Assembly (NCBI GenBank): GCA_964199315.1
Contig: OZ116700.1
Location: 33,046,001 to 33,110,000, forward strand
Source: Orbicella franksi
Taxonomy: Eukaryota
Direction of reading: 5' to 3'
Length of the DNA stretch: 64,000 nucleotides
Positions 1 through 14,200 of the stretch are shown here, piece by piece. Each line of letters starts with the position of its first letter. Position 1 is the first letter of the stretch. The notes beneath the pieces were generated by a model. That model saw only the letters and a program-made list of their open reading frames with translations, did not search any database and was not told the DNA's origin. The translations under genes were made by a program, and so were the position numbers.

Positions 1-41
1 AACGTTAACTACATACAGAAAAAAGTGAACAATTTACTCAC

Positions 42-605
42 TTTCTCTAACTTTTTTCATAATTTTCTTGCCAAGTCTCTCTGGATTCTCTTGAGTTGGC
101 ACTTCAATGATGTTTTTCTTTAGTGCAGTAGTCTTTTCTAGTTCCTCTCGATTCACTTTCCTTCCTATTCCAACCGGAATAACCTTAACCCAAAACTCTT
201 CCAGTGCCATTGCAGATTTCAAGACGTCTTTCTCGGTGCTCCCTGACTTACTGTCCACCAAGAAAACAAGAACTTTCTTTGCATCTGGCCGAGCTCCGGG
301 TGCTTCAAACACCTTCTTCGCATCTGCCAATGCAAGATCTAAATCAGGCGTACCGCTCACAGTAGACAGGCTCTCAAGCTTCTTCAACAAGGCTTGTTCA
401 TCTGGGAATGTATCTTGGAAGTCCACAACTGTTCTTGTTATCGAGCCGTATGTCATGACGGTGTAATGGATGTTCTTCATGCCATGTGCTGCCACAATGG
501 AGAGTAAAGTTTCTTTCATTAAACCAAACGTTTCCTTTGCTTCCGTTGAGGAAGCACTGACTGCAAACACCAGGTCAATTTTCTCTTGGCCAAGTGGGTC
601 TGGAA
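42..605 (-). CDS. vWA 26 (last module visible; gene continues beyond the window)
   Basis: IDLVFAVSASS..RPDAKKVLVFLVD; donor GAAA|gtgagt at 41. Confidence 0.92.
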
Positions 606-2019
606 CTAAGTATGAAAAATATTTCATTACTTTAGAATATTCAAAGGGCAAAAACCTAAGAATTCAACAAAAGCACACTAACAAGCAAAGTAGCTAGTTC
701 GTGTCACGAAGCGCACATGTTAAGTAATAATAAAGGCAGGAACTGATAAAAGTTATTTATAACAGAATACTGATTCCCCATTACTTCGACATAACTTCGC
801 GTAACTGTTACAAAGCCAAAAACGCAATATCTTGTTCTTCTGAGGAATTGTTACTCCTTTTGGAAGCTTCGTTTTTAACTTTACGAAATCTTGATAACGC
901 GTCACTTTTACACAGTTTGGAAATACGAAAGAGGGTCTGCTATTGTTGGAAAAAGCAAGCTTGTAGTTTAAAGCAACCAGGTCTTTGAGACAGGTAGTAC
1001 TTGATACAAATAGAACTAGCAACTAAGCGAGTAACGTAAACATCGTGATTCTGATAATGAGTACTTCCGACCTCAAAACAGTGGCACCAAGACCCCCTCG
1101 TTCCCTCCCCGTCCTCCCCCCCCCCCCCCCCCATATAACTACGCTGTATACATGGTTACCACAGACATCAGTTTTCAAAATCTCCTGACTTGTCCCTGAT
1201 AAGGAAACACATCATTGAGATCACAGTGACTCCAAATGTTTCTTCCAGCCGTCAATGGTATTAAATCTGCCCTGTAAAATAATTTCAACTTTCTCTGACT
1301 TTTCTTCAAAAAGTCAATTTCCCTTGGCTCAAAATAAAATTCCCTGACTTTTCCCTGACCTCGAATTTTTTCGCTGACCATTCCTGACCTGTGGCAACCC
1401 TTTGTATAAAAACGTACCTTGTGCTATTAGTCGTATAATTTCTTCACTAGTCTTTTCCGGATCTTCGTCTGAGGTGGTGTTCATCGAATCACCATCAGTT
1501 GGCGTGAGAGTTCCCAATTCATTGGAGTCAACCTCACTTCCAACCGCAACAGTTATGATTGTCACGTGATTGTCGATCAAGTCCTGAGCAACTCCCTTAG
1601 CAACTTCCTTATCTCCAGATGATTCATCATCCGTCATGACAACCAGTATTTGTCTTGCATCTGGTCTCACAGCGTCATCGTCGGTGAAAAGTTGTTTTGC
1701 TTTCTGCAATGCTTTGTCTAATGCTGATCCTCCTGGAATGTTTGATGCTGAGCTCACCAACTCCACAAGCTGATCTGGGTCTGTGATGCCATCAGAGAAC
1801 TTCAGGACGACAGAAGGTTCATTTCCGTACAGGACAACAGCATAGTGAATCTGATTCATGCTATAGTTCTGCATGATATTCGTTACAACGTCTTTCATGT
1901 ATGGAAATGTTTTGAAGGATTTTGAAGATTGCGAACTTAGAAGAAACATCAAGTCGATCTTGGGAAGCATTGTCCTCTCTGGTAAAAACCAAACATAACA
2001 CACAGTTAGCAGCAACTGC

Positions 2020-2060
<41 letters not shown>

Positions 2061-5000
2061 AGTAACTGTCCTGAAGCAGTTACTGAGTTATATACATGTC
2101 ATTCGTCAAGAGATACATCGCTTATCTTCGTTTTTCTTCATATTGTAATTTTCGGCTTATTCCAACATTATAGACCTGCTAACTGTCCAGCATTTACGCA
2201 AGGGAATGCTATTGATTTCTTAACGTTTTGGGCTCATAAACAAACGGTTGTGAACTAGGATAACGTTATGAAATATAACACGTTTCCAAGCATGTAGTAC
2301 TATGCAGTGCTCTTCCCAGTGAACATTGCCCCCCGTGTTTTTTTAAACACGTTTATCATTTATGTTACCCCTCAATCATCTTCCATGTTCCTGAACTGTA
2401 TATTCCAAATAGTGTCATCTTAAGAAAAATGGCACTTACTTCTTAGTATTTTTTCCAGTATCTCTTCTGCAAGATCATCCGTATCGTCCTCTCTGTCTGC
2501 AGTGATTAAGTTGTCTTTGTGCGGAGTTGTGTGCTCTAGCTGATTAAGATCCACTTCATTTCCCATGCCCACAGGAACAACCTCGATCTCTCCTTCTTCA
2601 AGTTCCCTGGCGTTTGCTCTAATTTCCCAAGGCCTGCTGTCCGATGTATCATCAGCGATAATTACCAACACTTTCTTGGCATTTGGACGAGCCCCCGCAA
2701 GGAGTCTATTGGCCTCTACCAGTGCTGCATCCAAGTCTGGTGTACCTGTGTTCCGCGGTAAGTTATCAATGCGTTCCTTCAATTCATCCAGCTCGGTGAC
2801 TTCCTCGTCAAAGCTTAGCCTCACAGACACCGCATCTCCAAACACAATTATCGCAGGTCGCATGCTGTCAACGCCATGCTTTTCAAAGATGGTCTTGATG
2901 ACTTTTTTCATGACACTGAAGGTCTGCTGTGCGTCACTTGCCGTGGCGCTGATGGCAAACACAACGTCGACATCTTGTACTGGTTTTGCTAATAAAGAAG
3001 ATAAAAAGTGATCTGAGGGCTTCGTATTGCACTTAGTACCAAATTTGGATCGACCTCTAGTAGCTCTTGGTAACAAAGGCCAGCAAAGTTAAACTTGCAA
3101 AAGTGAAAAAGCCTACATATCTGTCTTAGCATCATACCCCTCTTTGTCCCTTTTAGTAAAAGAGTAATTTTGTAATCGCAGGCATTTGTAGACATCAATC
3201 CCTTGTTTAGGCATTTCACTGCCTACCAAACAAGGTCACTTGATTGTGACGGTTGCGTAGAAAGCAATAACGCTTTTTTGACAACACGGTGTGGCCCAGT
3301 GTGTATATATGCATACATGTAACCTTTATTTCCTCTCGGTAGTGTTTATAGCACAAAGGCTAGTGGGGCCAAGCAAACAACTGAAACAAATGATTCAAAT
3401 TGAACATAACATTGTTTAGAATCCCAACTAGCCGGAGGCAAACCAGTTGGTTATTTACAAGCGTGGCCGAGGATTTTAACGCGTGGCTACCAAGAAACAA
3501 ATCCAGGTAGTGGCCTGAGCGCGACTCGAACCCGTGACCACTGGATTGCGAGTCCGACGCAGTGACCACTCAGCCAGGCTGCCTTCTATAGTCATTTCAC
3601 TGAGATCACAGCTTGAATAAAGGCATCTCGCTACGTTTACCTTGTCTGATTTTCGTCATTATTTCCTCTCTGACTTTTCCTGGTTCATCAGTATTTGAAC
3701 TGTTTATGATGTTTTTACTAGATCCAGTGGCAATAGAAAGCCCGGTAGAATCCAGTTCACTTCCAACCGCCACGGCAAAGACGCGAATGTCTTTGTTATC
3801 GAGGGACTTGACTGCAAGCCTGATTTGGCTCAGAGAGCTGCCTGACTTGACGTCCGTGATGATAACCAGTACTTTCTGAACATTCGGTCGAGCGGACGAG
3901 AGCAGCTTCTCACCAAGTTGCAGTGCTCTGGCTAAGTCTGGAGTGCCACCAGGTCTGAGGATTGCATCTACTTGTTGTGTTACATCCGGGTTTACGCTGT
4001 CACGCAAGGTGAGTTCTATGCGTGGTGTACTTCCATACGAGATGATGCCATACCGAAGTCTGTCCGAGGAATATTTGTAAATGAATGATTTTATAACGTC
4101 CTTTATCTGTTGCAAGGTTGCTGAAGCATCAGTCGAACCAGCAGATATGATGAATCCCAGATCTACTTCAGGCGGTATTGGTTCTACGATAACTAAAAAC
4201 AAAAACGGCAGTAAATTCATTATTTTGTGCCTTAGGGTTAAAATCTTTTCTACGAAAACAGTTAATGTTTAGTGTTCACTAGCAGTCTTACAGTATCACC
4301 CTTCAAGCGCTTGTGTTTACTGTTCTTAACAAGCCAAAAGTTCTTTCACTCGTTTGCATTTGCTTTAATTTTCTACTGGAGGAGGAAATGTTGAAGCAAC
4401 CAATGTTGATAAATTGTACTTGAAGTTGTTCTCAGTTTGTTTTGCAGAGAACTTTGGAAAACTAACAGAGAGATTCCTCGAGAGTCCGGAAAGCACCTAA
4501 CAACGTACTGCGCGTTTCGCTTCAAGTCTTCAAATGATTTGAAATAAACGATAATGATTTTTATGTAACTTTTACATCATAAATAAAACCGATTGCCGCT
4601 TAATGCAGTCCTGAATTGTAACAGGACACACACCAGTTTCACTGCTGGTGAATAGTAGACAACTGTTAGTTTTTCAAAACAGAGACCAGTGGCGGATCCA
4701 CTGATTTACTTGCCCTGCCGGCTTTTCTTCCTTCAGTCATTTCTTCTTGTTTTCACCCAAAATAAGGGGGGGCCCAGGCCCCCCGGGCCCCTCCCCTAGA
4801 TCCGCCACTGAAGACAGAGAGTTTCCACTTGAGTGTCGAAAAGTAACTGGCGTGGCATTTTCGCCACACGATTGGCTTAAAAATATTCGCGCCACTTTTT
4901 GATTCAATCAGAAGTAAAGGAAAACCAATCATAACTCGCTCGCACACGTTTTCCCGCGCTTCTCGCCGGCTACATGTATTTACTATGAGTTTTGAATGGT

Positions 5001-5172
5001 TCATTGGATCGTCGGTGTCCTTTGTGAAACATGTAAAATAACTTTTCTTTTAACTGGCTGCGTGGCATTTTTAACTCTTACGTTATTTCGGGTAGCCAGC
5101 ACCCCTATCATTTTTATTTTTACTGTAGCAAAACATTGTCATTTCTAACTCCGAGGGGAAATAAAGTTCTTT

Positions 5173-5216
<44 letters not shown>

Positions 5217-8200
5217 ATTGTTGTTGATTGGCCAGACTGATTACTTAGGTTCCTATAATAATGTTCACGGTTTTAATGTAACTACAAAACAGGTATTTAC
5301 CTTCCTTCATTTTATCTGTAATCTCCTTAGCTATTCCATCGGGATTCCCTGTTTTCGGCACCTCCACAGTTGTATTCTTCAGAGGAGTAAGGAACCCACA
5401 CTCTTCAATAGTCCCTTTGTCCTCCACAGCAACAGCGACAGGAACTATCCAACATCCTGAAGTAATCAGCGGTCTGGCAGCCTCAATGATGTCGACTTTT
5501 TCATTTCCTGACTTGCTGTCTATGATGACTACGAGGATTTTCTTGGCATCTGGCCGAGCACCCGCTCCATCGAACAGTTTCTTCGCCTCTAATAACGCGT
5601 TTGCTAAATCTGGTGTACCGGAACTAGGCATCACAGACTCTACTATCGTCTTTAAATCGTCAGGTGACCGTTCCGCAAATGGGACTAAGACCTTTGGACC
5701 GTCACCAAAAGTCATTACACTGTAGCGAAGGTTGGTTGTTCCATAGGTGTCAATGATTGACTTGATGGAATCTTGCATGAGCTGGATTGTTTTTGAAGCG
5801 TCTTGGGATGTCATACTTATGGCCAGGCCTACATCGATGTTTATTCCCTTCAGTGGATCTAAAAAGAAGTCAGAAATATCGTTTTTGCCATCATAGTCAG
5901 CGAGACTTTGACTCCATCTGTGATCACCTGGCTTAAATGTCTCTGACGAATAGCGAGATGGTCCAAAAATTTGCCTCAAGCAATTATTTGTTTACCTTTT
6001 GCAATACGACAGTACCATTTTTACACATTAGACATGTAAATGAGCCAACAAAAGTACAGGAAGCCGTCAAACGAAATACACGAAGTGGCTTGACGCCTTC
6101 AAAGTCGTCGTTCACAAACTGTTTCAGTGTACCTCAATCGTTCTGTATTCGTCTATCATTATTAATTATGTTTTTACCTTGTGAGGGTTGCTACCCAATG
6201 AACATAATTTTGTAAGGTCGTCAAAAACAACAAATGCGATAACGCACCTTATTAGCCTGAAAATCATATTCATGTAATCGCGGGCGCTGCTTGCAAGCAT
6301 CTCATTGAAGTGAAGTGAAAGACTTTATTTAATGAGGGTGACCCGTGACAGTAACTTAAGTTACTGATAAACTTGGGGCCCTCAGCTTGTAATGTGGTGT
6401 TCATCTTGGGTACAGCAGTGTGACTAATTCCTTAACAGTGTACTAACTACAACTTCTTTACCTGTTTTATCGATGATTTCTTTTCCAACTTCATCTGGCT
6501 TTTCAGTAGTGTTTGTGTTTACTACATTGCCAGGGGTTGACGAGATGTTCTTCAAATCATTTTGATCAGTCTCGACGCCAACGGCCACTGCGATGATGAT
6601 AACTCCACTCTCCGTTAACTCCATCGCTGTCTTCATCGCAGCTTCCTCAACTCCACTCGATTTCTTGTCAACCATCAACACGAGAACTTTCTGAGCATCA
6701 TAACGAACTCCGTCGCCTCCAAAGAGCGTTTTCGCTGCTTCTAGAGCTTTATCTATAGCAGGGCCACCCGTGTCCATTGGTATGACATCGATAAGGGATT
6801 TCAGAGCCTCAGCGGAGTCGATATTGCTACTGAACGGTATCTCGATGCTGGCCTCAGTATCAAACGTAATAAGTCCATAATGAATCTTGTCAGTGCCGTA
6901 TTCATGAGCGATACTTTTGATGATGTCTGTCATGTGCTGAAAGGTATTCGATGCATCACGTGATGCAGCCCCAATGGCGAAACCAAGGTCAATTTTAGAG
7001 ATCTTTGTTGGTTCTGAAATGACAAAACATTTAAGGTGTCTGGATGCAGTTTTTCCCTTTTAGCAATCTTCCCTTAATCAGATCGATAGAAAAATTACAC
7101 CAGTATTTGGAAATGGTTTGGCACTCGAGTACAAACATACAGAATTTTTTCGTTCTTGTATATTCTACTTGCCATGCAGCATAGTTTAAGCCATTGGTAT
7201 TAGCATTTTCATATCACATCTGGTTTGCAAAAAGTCATGTTTACATACTTTCAATTTTTTCGGTTCATCGTTTCCATGAAAATATCGATTGCCTTGAGAA
7301 ATCCATTATACCAAACTTCGATGCACTTCCAAATATTGGTGGAATTTTCATATCGATCTAATTAAGGGAAGACTGTTAAAAAGCTAATTGAAAACGCTTG
7401 GTGCGTCCAGGAAAAACTGTATCGAGACACGTTAACCCTTTGAATACCAAACTTTCGCCAAAAAATACCGTTTTTAACCGTTTAGTCAGGTTTTTTTAAC
7501 TACAATGACGCTAAATAAGCCTAAGTTTTGCTAAAAAAAGCTTTTTTTTACTAAAAGGAGAGATTTTTCGAGGATTAGGTACAAAATTGAGCAAAACTTC
7601 AATTACGGGCATGCGCATAAGCCAAAATTTCTTTTTTTTTGCCATTAACCGTTCTCAATATCGTTTGTTGGCCCTTTCCTTTCTGTTTTTCTCTGCCCTT
7701 TTACACTGGCTACCTTTTGCATTGTATGTTCTTTCTGGCTGCAGTGAAAAGTTGGATGTTAATTACGGGTGAAGCCTAGAAATGGACCTTGATCAATCGT
7801 AGGCGTTGTGGACCATTTTACCACCGTTTTTGCACCAAAACTGATAAACTTGTTTTTCGATTTGCGACGTCGGAATGTCGTCGATATCTAAACCTGACCA
7901 TTGTGCGGAAAGGGCTAGCCTAGCACTACTATCTGCTGATCAAGAATATCTGATGTCATTTAAATTGATGACGTCACAAGTGGTACAAAGAGCACGACCA
8001 TTAATTACGCATATATGCGTAGTTGGTGTTCAAAGGGTTAAAACAAGTGAAAGATTTGCAACATTTAATACAACTTGAGCCTACCTTCATACGTTTATGT
8101 AGGTCTCAATATAAGTATTCATTGTGACTCAAGATCAATCAGTTGTTTGATGAGTCATGTGTGTCAGCAATAGAGGGATTCGGCTATCGTGTTTACATCA

Positions 8201-11200
8201 TTCAGAACACTTGATGGTTCATTTGGGAGGTTAAAACTGTGTTGCTACACGCAACTGGTTGCATGGGAGTATGTACAAACAGAACAATTGTAACCTCCCA
8301 AATGAATCATCACATGATCTGAATAGGGTGGCAGCAAGGATGTAAACACCTTAGCCGAATCCGTCTATTGTGGGCTACTTTATCTTACTGTTCGCATCTT
8401 GGGACAAACACAATCTCGAGGGTTACGAACATGGCCTTTTGGAGCAGCGTTTACAACGTTCTTGGAAAATCAGAAACGAAAACACTATGGACAGTTTCCA
8501 ACGATGTGTATTGCTCACTTTTGACAATGTCACTTTAAGTACCTTTTCACACACTTTTCTAATTTGAATGACCTTATTACCACATTGTATCTAAAATGTT
8601 CAGGGCAATTTTGACATTTGTTACTGTCACATCTTCCATACCACAGAAGCACAGAGTAGTTCTTGGCTAGTGACTCTCGGCTAGACATTCTAGACTAGTC
8701 GCTGAACTTCTTCCCTTTTTAAACCACACGGCATTCCATACCTGTTAAAATCTTGATGATTATTTCACGCGCCAATCTCCAAGGCTCCCGGTCTTTCTTT
8801 GTCTTTATAACATCCCCCTTATAAGGAGTGATAATTCTTAGCTCGTCCGGATCCGCTTCACCACCAACAGCCACTGGAATCACCCGGATGTTCTTGTCTT
8901 CTAGCAGTCTGGCACTAGTTTTGATGACCTCCTCACTGGATGTCGACTTCTTATCAGTCAAAACAATGAGAACTTGTTTAGCGCCCGGGCGAGCGTTAGG
9001 TCCCTGGAAAATCTTTGAAGCCTCTTGGAGTGCTTTATCGATCTGTGGGTCACTGGTTTGTTTGGATAGTTTTTGAATGTAATCCCTGAGGTCTTTAATT
9101 CTCTTGAAAGAAGGATCTCCCAGTTGGAGCTTAGTTCCTATTGTGGCTCCATACACCATGGCACCATACTGAATATTACCATTTCCAAATCCAAAGTCGT
9201 TCATGATCTTCCGGACAGTGTCGGTAATGAGAGCGAAAATAACATCCGCGTCTCCAGAGTTCGCATTCATGGCAAACACAATGTCCATTTCGGGATATGT
9301 TGGAGTTTCTTTGAATTAAAACAAATCACAAAATTGTCAAGGTAATGACTTTATCAAACTAAATATGTACAAGTCATAATTTAGTAACATTGAGTAAAAC
9401 ATGACAGGGGAAGTGCATGGATGAAATCAAATGAGCTGCGGAATGAGTAAGACATCATGACAGTTGTTTTTCCGATTCACGCAAATTGACAAAAAAAGTC
9501 TGAAAAATTCAAGGTTCCAACCGGATCCTAAACGATGAACTTGGGGATATCTATGCAATGCTGTTATTCTACCAACCACTAGTGTTTTGTTGTTTGTTTT
9601 GGTGTTTTTTTTGTTTTTTCAATGATCTATCTTAGTGCTCAATTTCAAACATAAAAATCGTAATATTTGCAGCAAACCAACCTGTGAAAACCTTATCCAT
9701 AATTTTCTTCTTAAGATCAGTGGGCTGCACATTCGTTTCTTCTTCAATTATTTTATCCACTAGAGTGAATGTTTCCAACTCCTTTGGATCAGCTTCTTTG
9801 CCAATAGCCACAGCAACAATCTTGAAACCTTTGTCCTGTAATGGCCTTGCTGCCTCGCCTACTTGAGATGACGATTCTCCTGATGCTAAATCTGTGATCA
9901 CCACCAGTACCTTCTTAGCATGAGGACGGACATCAGATGACGAGAACAAGCTGTCTGCTTCTCTCAGGGCATCAACTAAAGAAGCCCCGCGTCTCTTCTT
10001 TGGAATAAAACGCAAGTCCCGCAGCAGATTATTGACGTTAGAGTATTCACCAAATTGGATCTGGATGGTTGCAGCGTCCCCAAACACAATAAGCCCATAG
10101 TTGATTTTGTCCAATCGGTATTCACTGATGATCGCTGCAATGGTATCCTTCATGAGTTTGAATGTTTCTGTAGCATCCAGTGAACCTGCCGCAATGGCAA
10201 ATCCTAGGTCCAGTTCTGGTATGGGAGCCTCACCTGTGGAAAGTGGGAAAAAACGTTCAAGTCCATAGAAAATGTACAAGCTTATAATGGGCATTGGTAT
10301 CTGTTTTGAACATAATTTGCTGAGATCGTGGAAATCCAAAAGTGAATTTAAGAGCAGCACTGATGGACACTCCACAAGTAAAAAGTAACCCGATTGAGAT
10401 GAAACTTGATTTCTTTATGGACGATCTTAAAAACTTAAAAACGTGTGACTCACGAGGTCCAAGATTGTCTAGAAATTTTGCAAGATAAATCTTGGAGCAA
10501 CGAGGAATTCCTGTATAAAATTGTTGAAATATCATGAAGTCAGTACTAGACGTTATTTCAAGTGAGAACAATTTTAATTTTTATCATCGTTACAGATCGA
10601 AATTAACTCCCGAAGACAGTTAACTCACAAAATGAACTAACATTAACACAACCTTACCCTTTGCAATTTTGTCTACTATCTTCTGTCCTACTGATCCGGG
10701 ATCTTTTTTGTTATCAGTCTCGATGACGTCTCCGTCTGTTGGTATTTCCTTTTCTTTATTGGAGTCCACTTCCTTCCCAACAGCCACCGCGATCACACGA
10801 ATTCCATTTGTTTCTAGGGATTTAACCGCTGTTCTGATGTCCTGCGGGCTTTTGCCAGATGATTTGTCTGTGATGATTACTAGAACCTAGAAAAAAGTAT
10901 ATCCAGGAAATATCCCAGAGTAAAATACGCTTAGACCGAATTGCATCCAAAACGGTGAAATTTTCACTAACAACGTTTTGATAGATTCAATCTTAATTAT
11001 TTCCATGGAACGCGACTAAAAAGCCAAAAATGAGCATCTAAGAATTCGAAGGAGCCGTTCAGTATTTTTTCTCTCCTCTCTTCCTTTCCATCGCTTGGAG
11101 TAATTTGTAGGCTTTTAGTAGTCGTAAAATCAAGGTCTGCAACTCACTTGGTGCAAAGGAACGAACGTTTCATTAAAATCGTTTTCAAAAATAATATTAC

Positions 11201-14200
11201 AAGCTTGCCTAAGATAAGAGACAAGTCCTAGATTCCTAATTACTTCCCATTTGATTAGTGAAGACACCAACATGTTAACACTGTTGTCGTCAAGTTAAGA
11301 CAGAGTATTCCTTTTAGTTTAAAGCAATAATGACACGCAAGCATTACCTTAGCCGCGTTTGGTCTGATAAGTGGACTTTCAAACTGATCTTTTGCAGCTT
11401 CCAACGCCTCGTCCAGAGAGGGGCCCCCTGATACTCGAGGCACGCTGCCGACTGCCTTTATCAACTCAGCATCTGAATCGAAAATTTCACCAAAGGTGAC
11501 TTGTGTTGAGGCCGAGCCGCCATAGACAATGACGCTGTACTCCAGTCTTTCTGTTCCGTACTTGTCCATGATCCACTTGATGATGTCCTTCATGAATGCA
11601 TGTGTTCCTTCAGCTTGAAGCCCTGTGGCGGAGATGGCAAATGCCAGGTTGGTCTCTGGCAGCTGAAGGGTTCCATCTGTGAAAGAAAACGCAGAGAACA
11701 CATTGTTTAGACGAACCAAGTTTTTATACCTAACGGGAATCAAACCAAGTTTTTATACCTAACGGGAATATTAGCCAGCTTCTACATGTGAGTCGTAACA
11801 TCAAAAACCGAGGTTTCAGCACTGCTGCTGCCTGTTTATAAAACTTACTTTAAGCAAGTTTGATATCCACAAAGAAGGCAGGACTTGCTCAAAGCAGTTT
11901 TTGCGACCCCGATGAAAGCAGTACCTCCAAACATTCATAACAACTTCGAATGTTTTAGCTTCACTTTTAGACAGAGAAACTATTACAAGAAAAGCTGTCA
12001 GGGAGGTTCTCTATGTACAATATCTTAAACCCAGTTGAGAAAATCAGTAAAACCTAATCCGCTCGTATAAAATCAAAGAGAATCTAAGCGATTACATACT
12101 AATTACTCTCTCCATGATTTCCACGCTCAGTTGTTCTGGATCTTCATCCTTCTTGGTCGTAATGATGTTATCTTTAGAAGTGACTTCGTCGAATTCCTTC
12201 GGTTTTACATCGTCACCAACTACTACAGGAATAATTTTCACTGCCATCTGTTCAAGAGGTTTGGTTGCGCCAACAACGACGTCTTCATCGAGACCGGAAC
12301 TCTCATCAGTCATGATGACCAAAGCTCTGTCCGCATCCTCGCGGTCACCTGCCTGGGCGAACATAGCAGCAGCTGCTTCCAGAGCCTTATCTAAGGCTGT
12401 TCCACCTACAGATGGAAGCATCGTCGTCAACTGTTCCTGGATTTGGGCTGCATCCGTGTGGTTTTTAAGGTGAACCACTACAGTGGCATCATTACCGTAC
12501 ACAAGAACACCGTATCGAATGTTACTTGAGTCGTATTTCTGGAGAAGTGCGTCTATGGCGCTTGACATTAGCTGGAACGTTTCATCTGTATCCTTGCTTG
12601 TGGCTGAGATGGCAAACACCAGGTCTAGCTTCGGCACATTCAATGGGCGATCTAAAAGTATGATTTGAATTTCATTCAGGTCTTGAAAGACAGTCAGACA
12701 GACAGGCAGGCAGACAGGCAGATAAACAGACAGACAGACAATCAGACGGGCAGACAGGCAGATAGATAGATAGATAGATAGATAGACAGATAGATGGGCA
12801 GATAGCCAGACAGACAGACATAGACACACACACACACAAGCCGATACAAATAGGATACAAGCAGGAAGGAAAACAGGCAGATACAAACGTATACATGCAG
12901 CTGACTGTCCTTTGTAATGTAAAATGTGACAATGAACTGCCGTGAAAACAACGTCTGGAAGCAGGTGATTTATCCAGTTCAGTAGCTGTGACTACATATA
13001 TCGAAAATCTAATTACAGGTTGAACTTCTCTACAACGGCCAACCTCCGATGAGCGAAACGACGGGCACAAAGACACATTGGCTGTTGTAGAGAGGTGGTC
13101 GTTAGTAAAAGATCGGTTGTAAAGGCGTAAAATAGTCTTACCTGTTAGAACCAATACTATAATATCTTTGGAAAGTGCGTTGGGTTGTACAGATGTCGGA
13201 ACAGTCAAAACATCTCTTTTATCCGAGGCAATAGATTCCAACTCTTGTTGGCTTGCTGAATCCCCAACTGCCACAGTGATTAAACGAACATTCCTCTTCT
13301 CCAAGAGCTTGGCCTTTGCCACAATGTCACCAGATTCGAGCCCTGACTCGTTGTCTGTGATCACAACAAGGACTTTTCTGGCATTAGGACGAGTGATGCC
13401 CGCCTTGAATGATTCCAGCGCTTTCTCCAGCGCTTTGTCTATTGCTGAACCACCGCTGAGTCGATCGAGTGAACGGATGTACGCTTCCAGTTGAGCAGGT
13501 TTCGTAATACTAGAATCGAAACCTACGACCTGCCTGGCTTGAGATCCAAACAGAATGACACTGTAGCGGATTTTGTTGATACCATAGTTGTCTATGACAT
13601 CATTTATGGTTTCTTTCATCAAGGTGAACGTGCTGTCAGCATTAGCAGCTGTGGCGCTGATAGCGAAACAAAGATCTATCTCTGGTGGTTCCAACACAGC
13701 TGAAACAAAGAAGAAGCACTTAAGGTCGTATTTATCACACGAAAGGTTGCAGGATTAATACAATAAGAACCAGTGTGTAAGAACCTAGTGGTTTAAGAAG
13801 CAGCTGGCAGAAATCTTCCATTTTAATACCCCAAAATATAAGAACCTGCTTAGCCAAGCAAGGTCAAGACGATTCTTATACGTGGGTTACAGTTAAATTA
13901 TGAATTCTTGTTGTAGAGACGACACTACATATACTTTCTGTAACCGGTTGTGCTAGGCTGATCATAATACAGTTGTGAATGAATACTGTATATTAAAGAA
14001 CCAAAGTTAAGTTTATATATTTCTCTGGTAATCAACAATCATGTCTCCTTCATAGAAAGTAAGAACTTAATAAGAACTTACTTAGCCTAAATTGCCAATA
14101 ACTACCTCAAAATACAAGAACCTATTTTGCAAGACTTCATAAAATGTAGGTTCTTACAAGCGGGCTTTTTCTGTATCCTACACTGCATGTTAAGAATAAG

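Noticed and set aside
11714-11769. 27-bp perfect tandem duplication (a similar one lies at about 34275-34322)
   Set aside because: An ordinary local slippage duplication in an intron, outside the splice signals.
12672-13141. Hydrophobic, TM-like extensions of ORFs 12672-13697, 12092-12886 and 1329-2060
   Set aside because: These are translations of GACA/GATA and CAA microsatellites inside introns.
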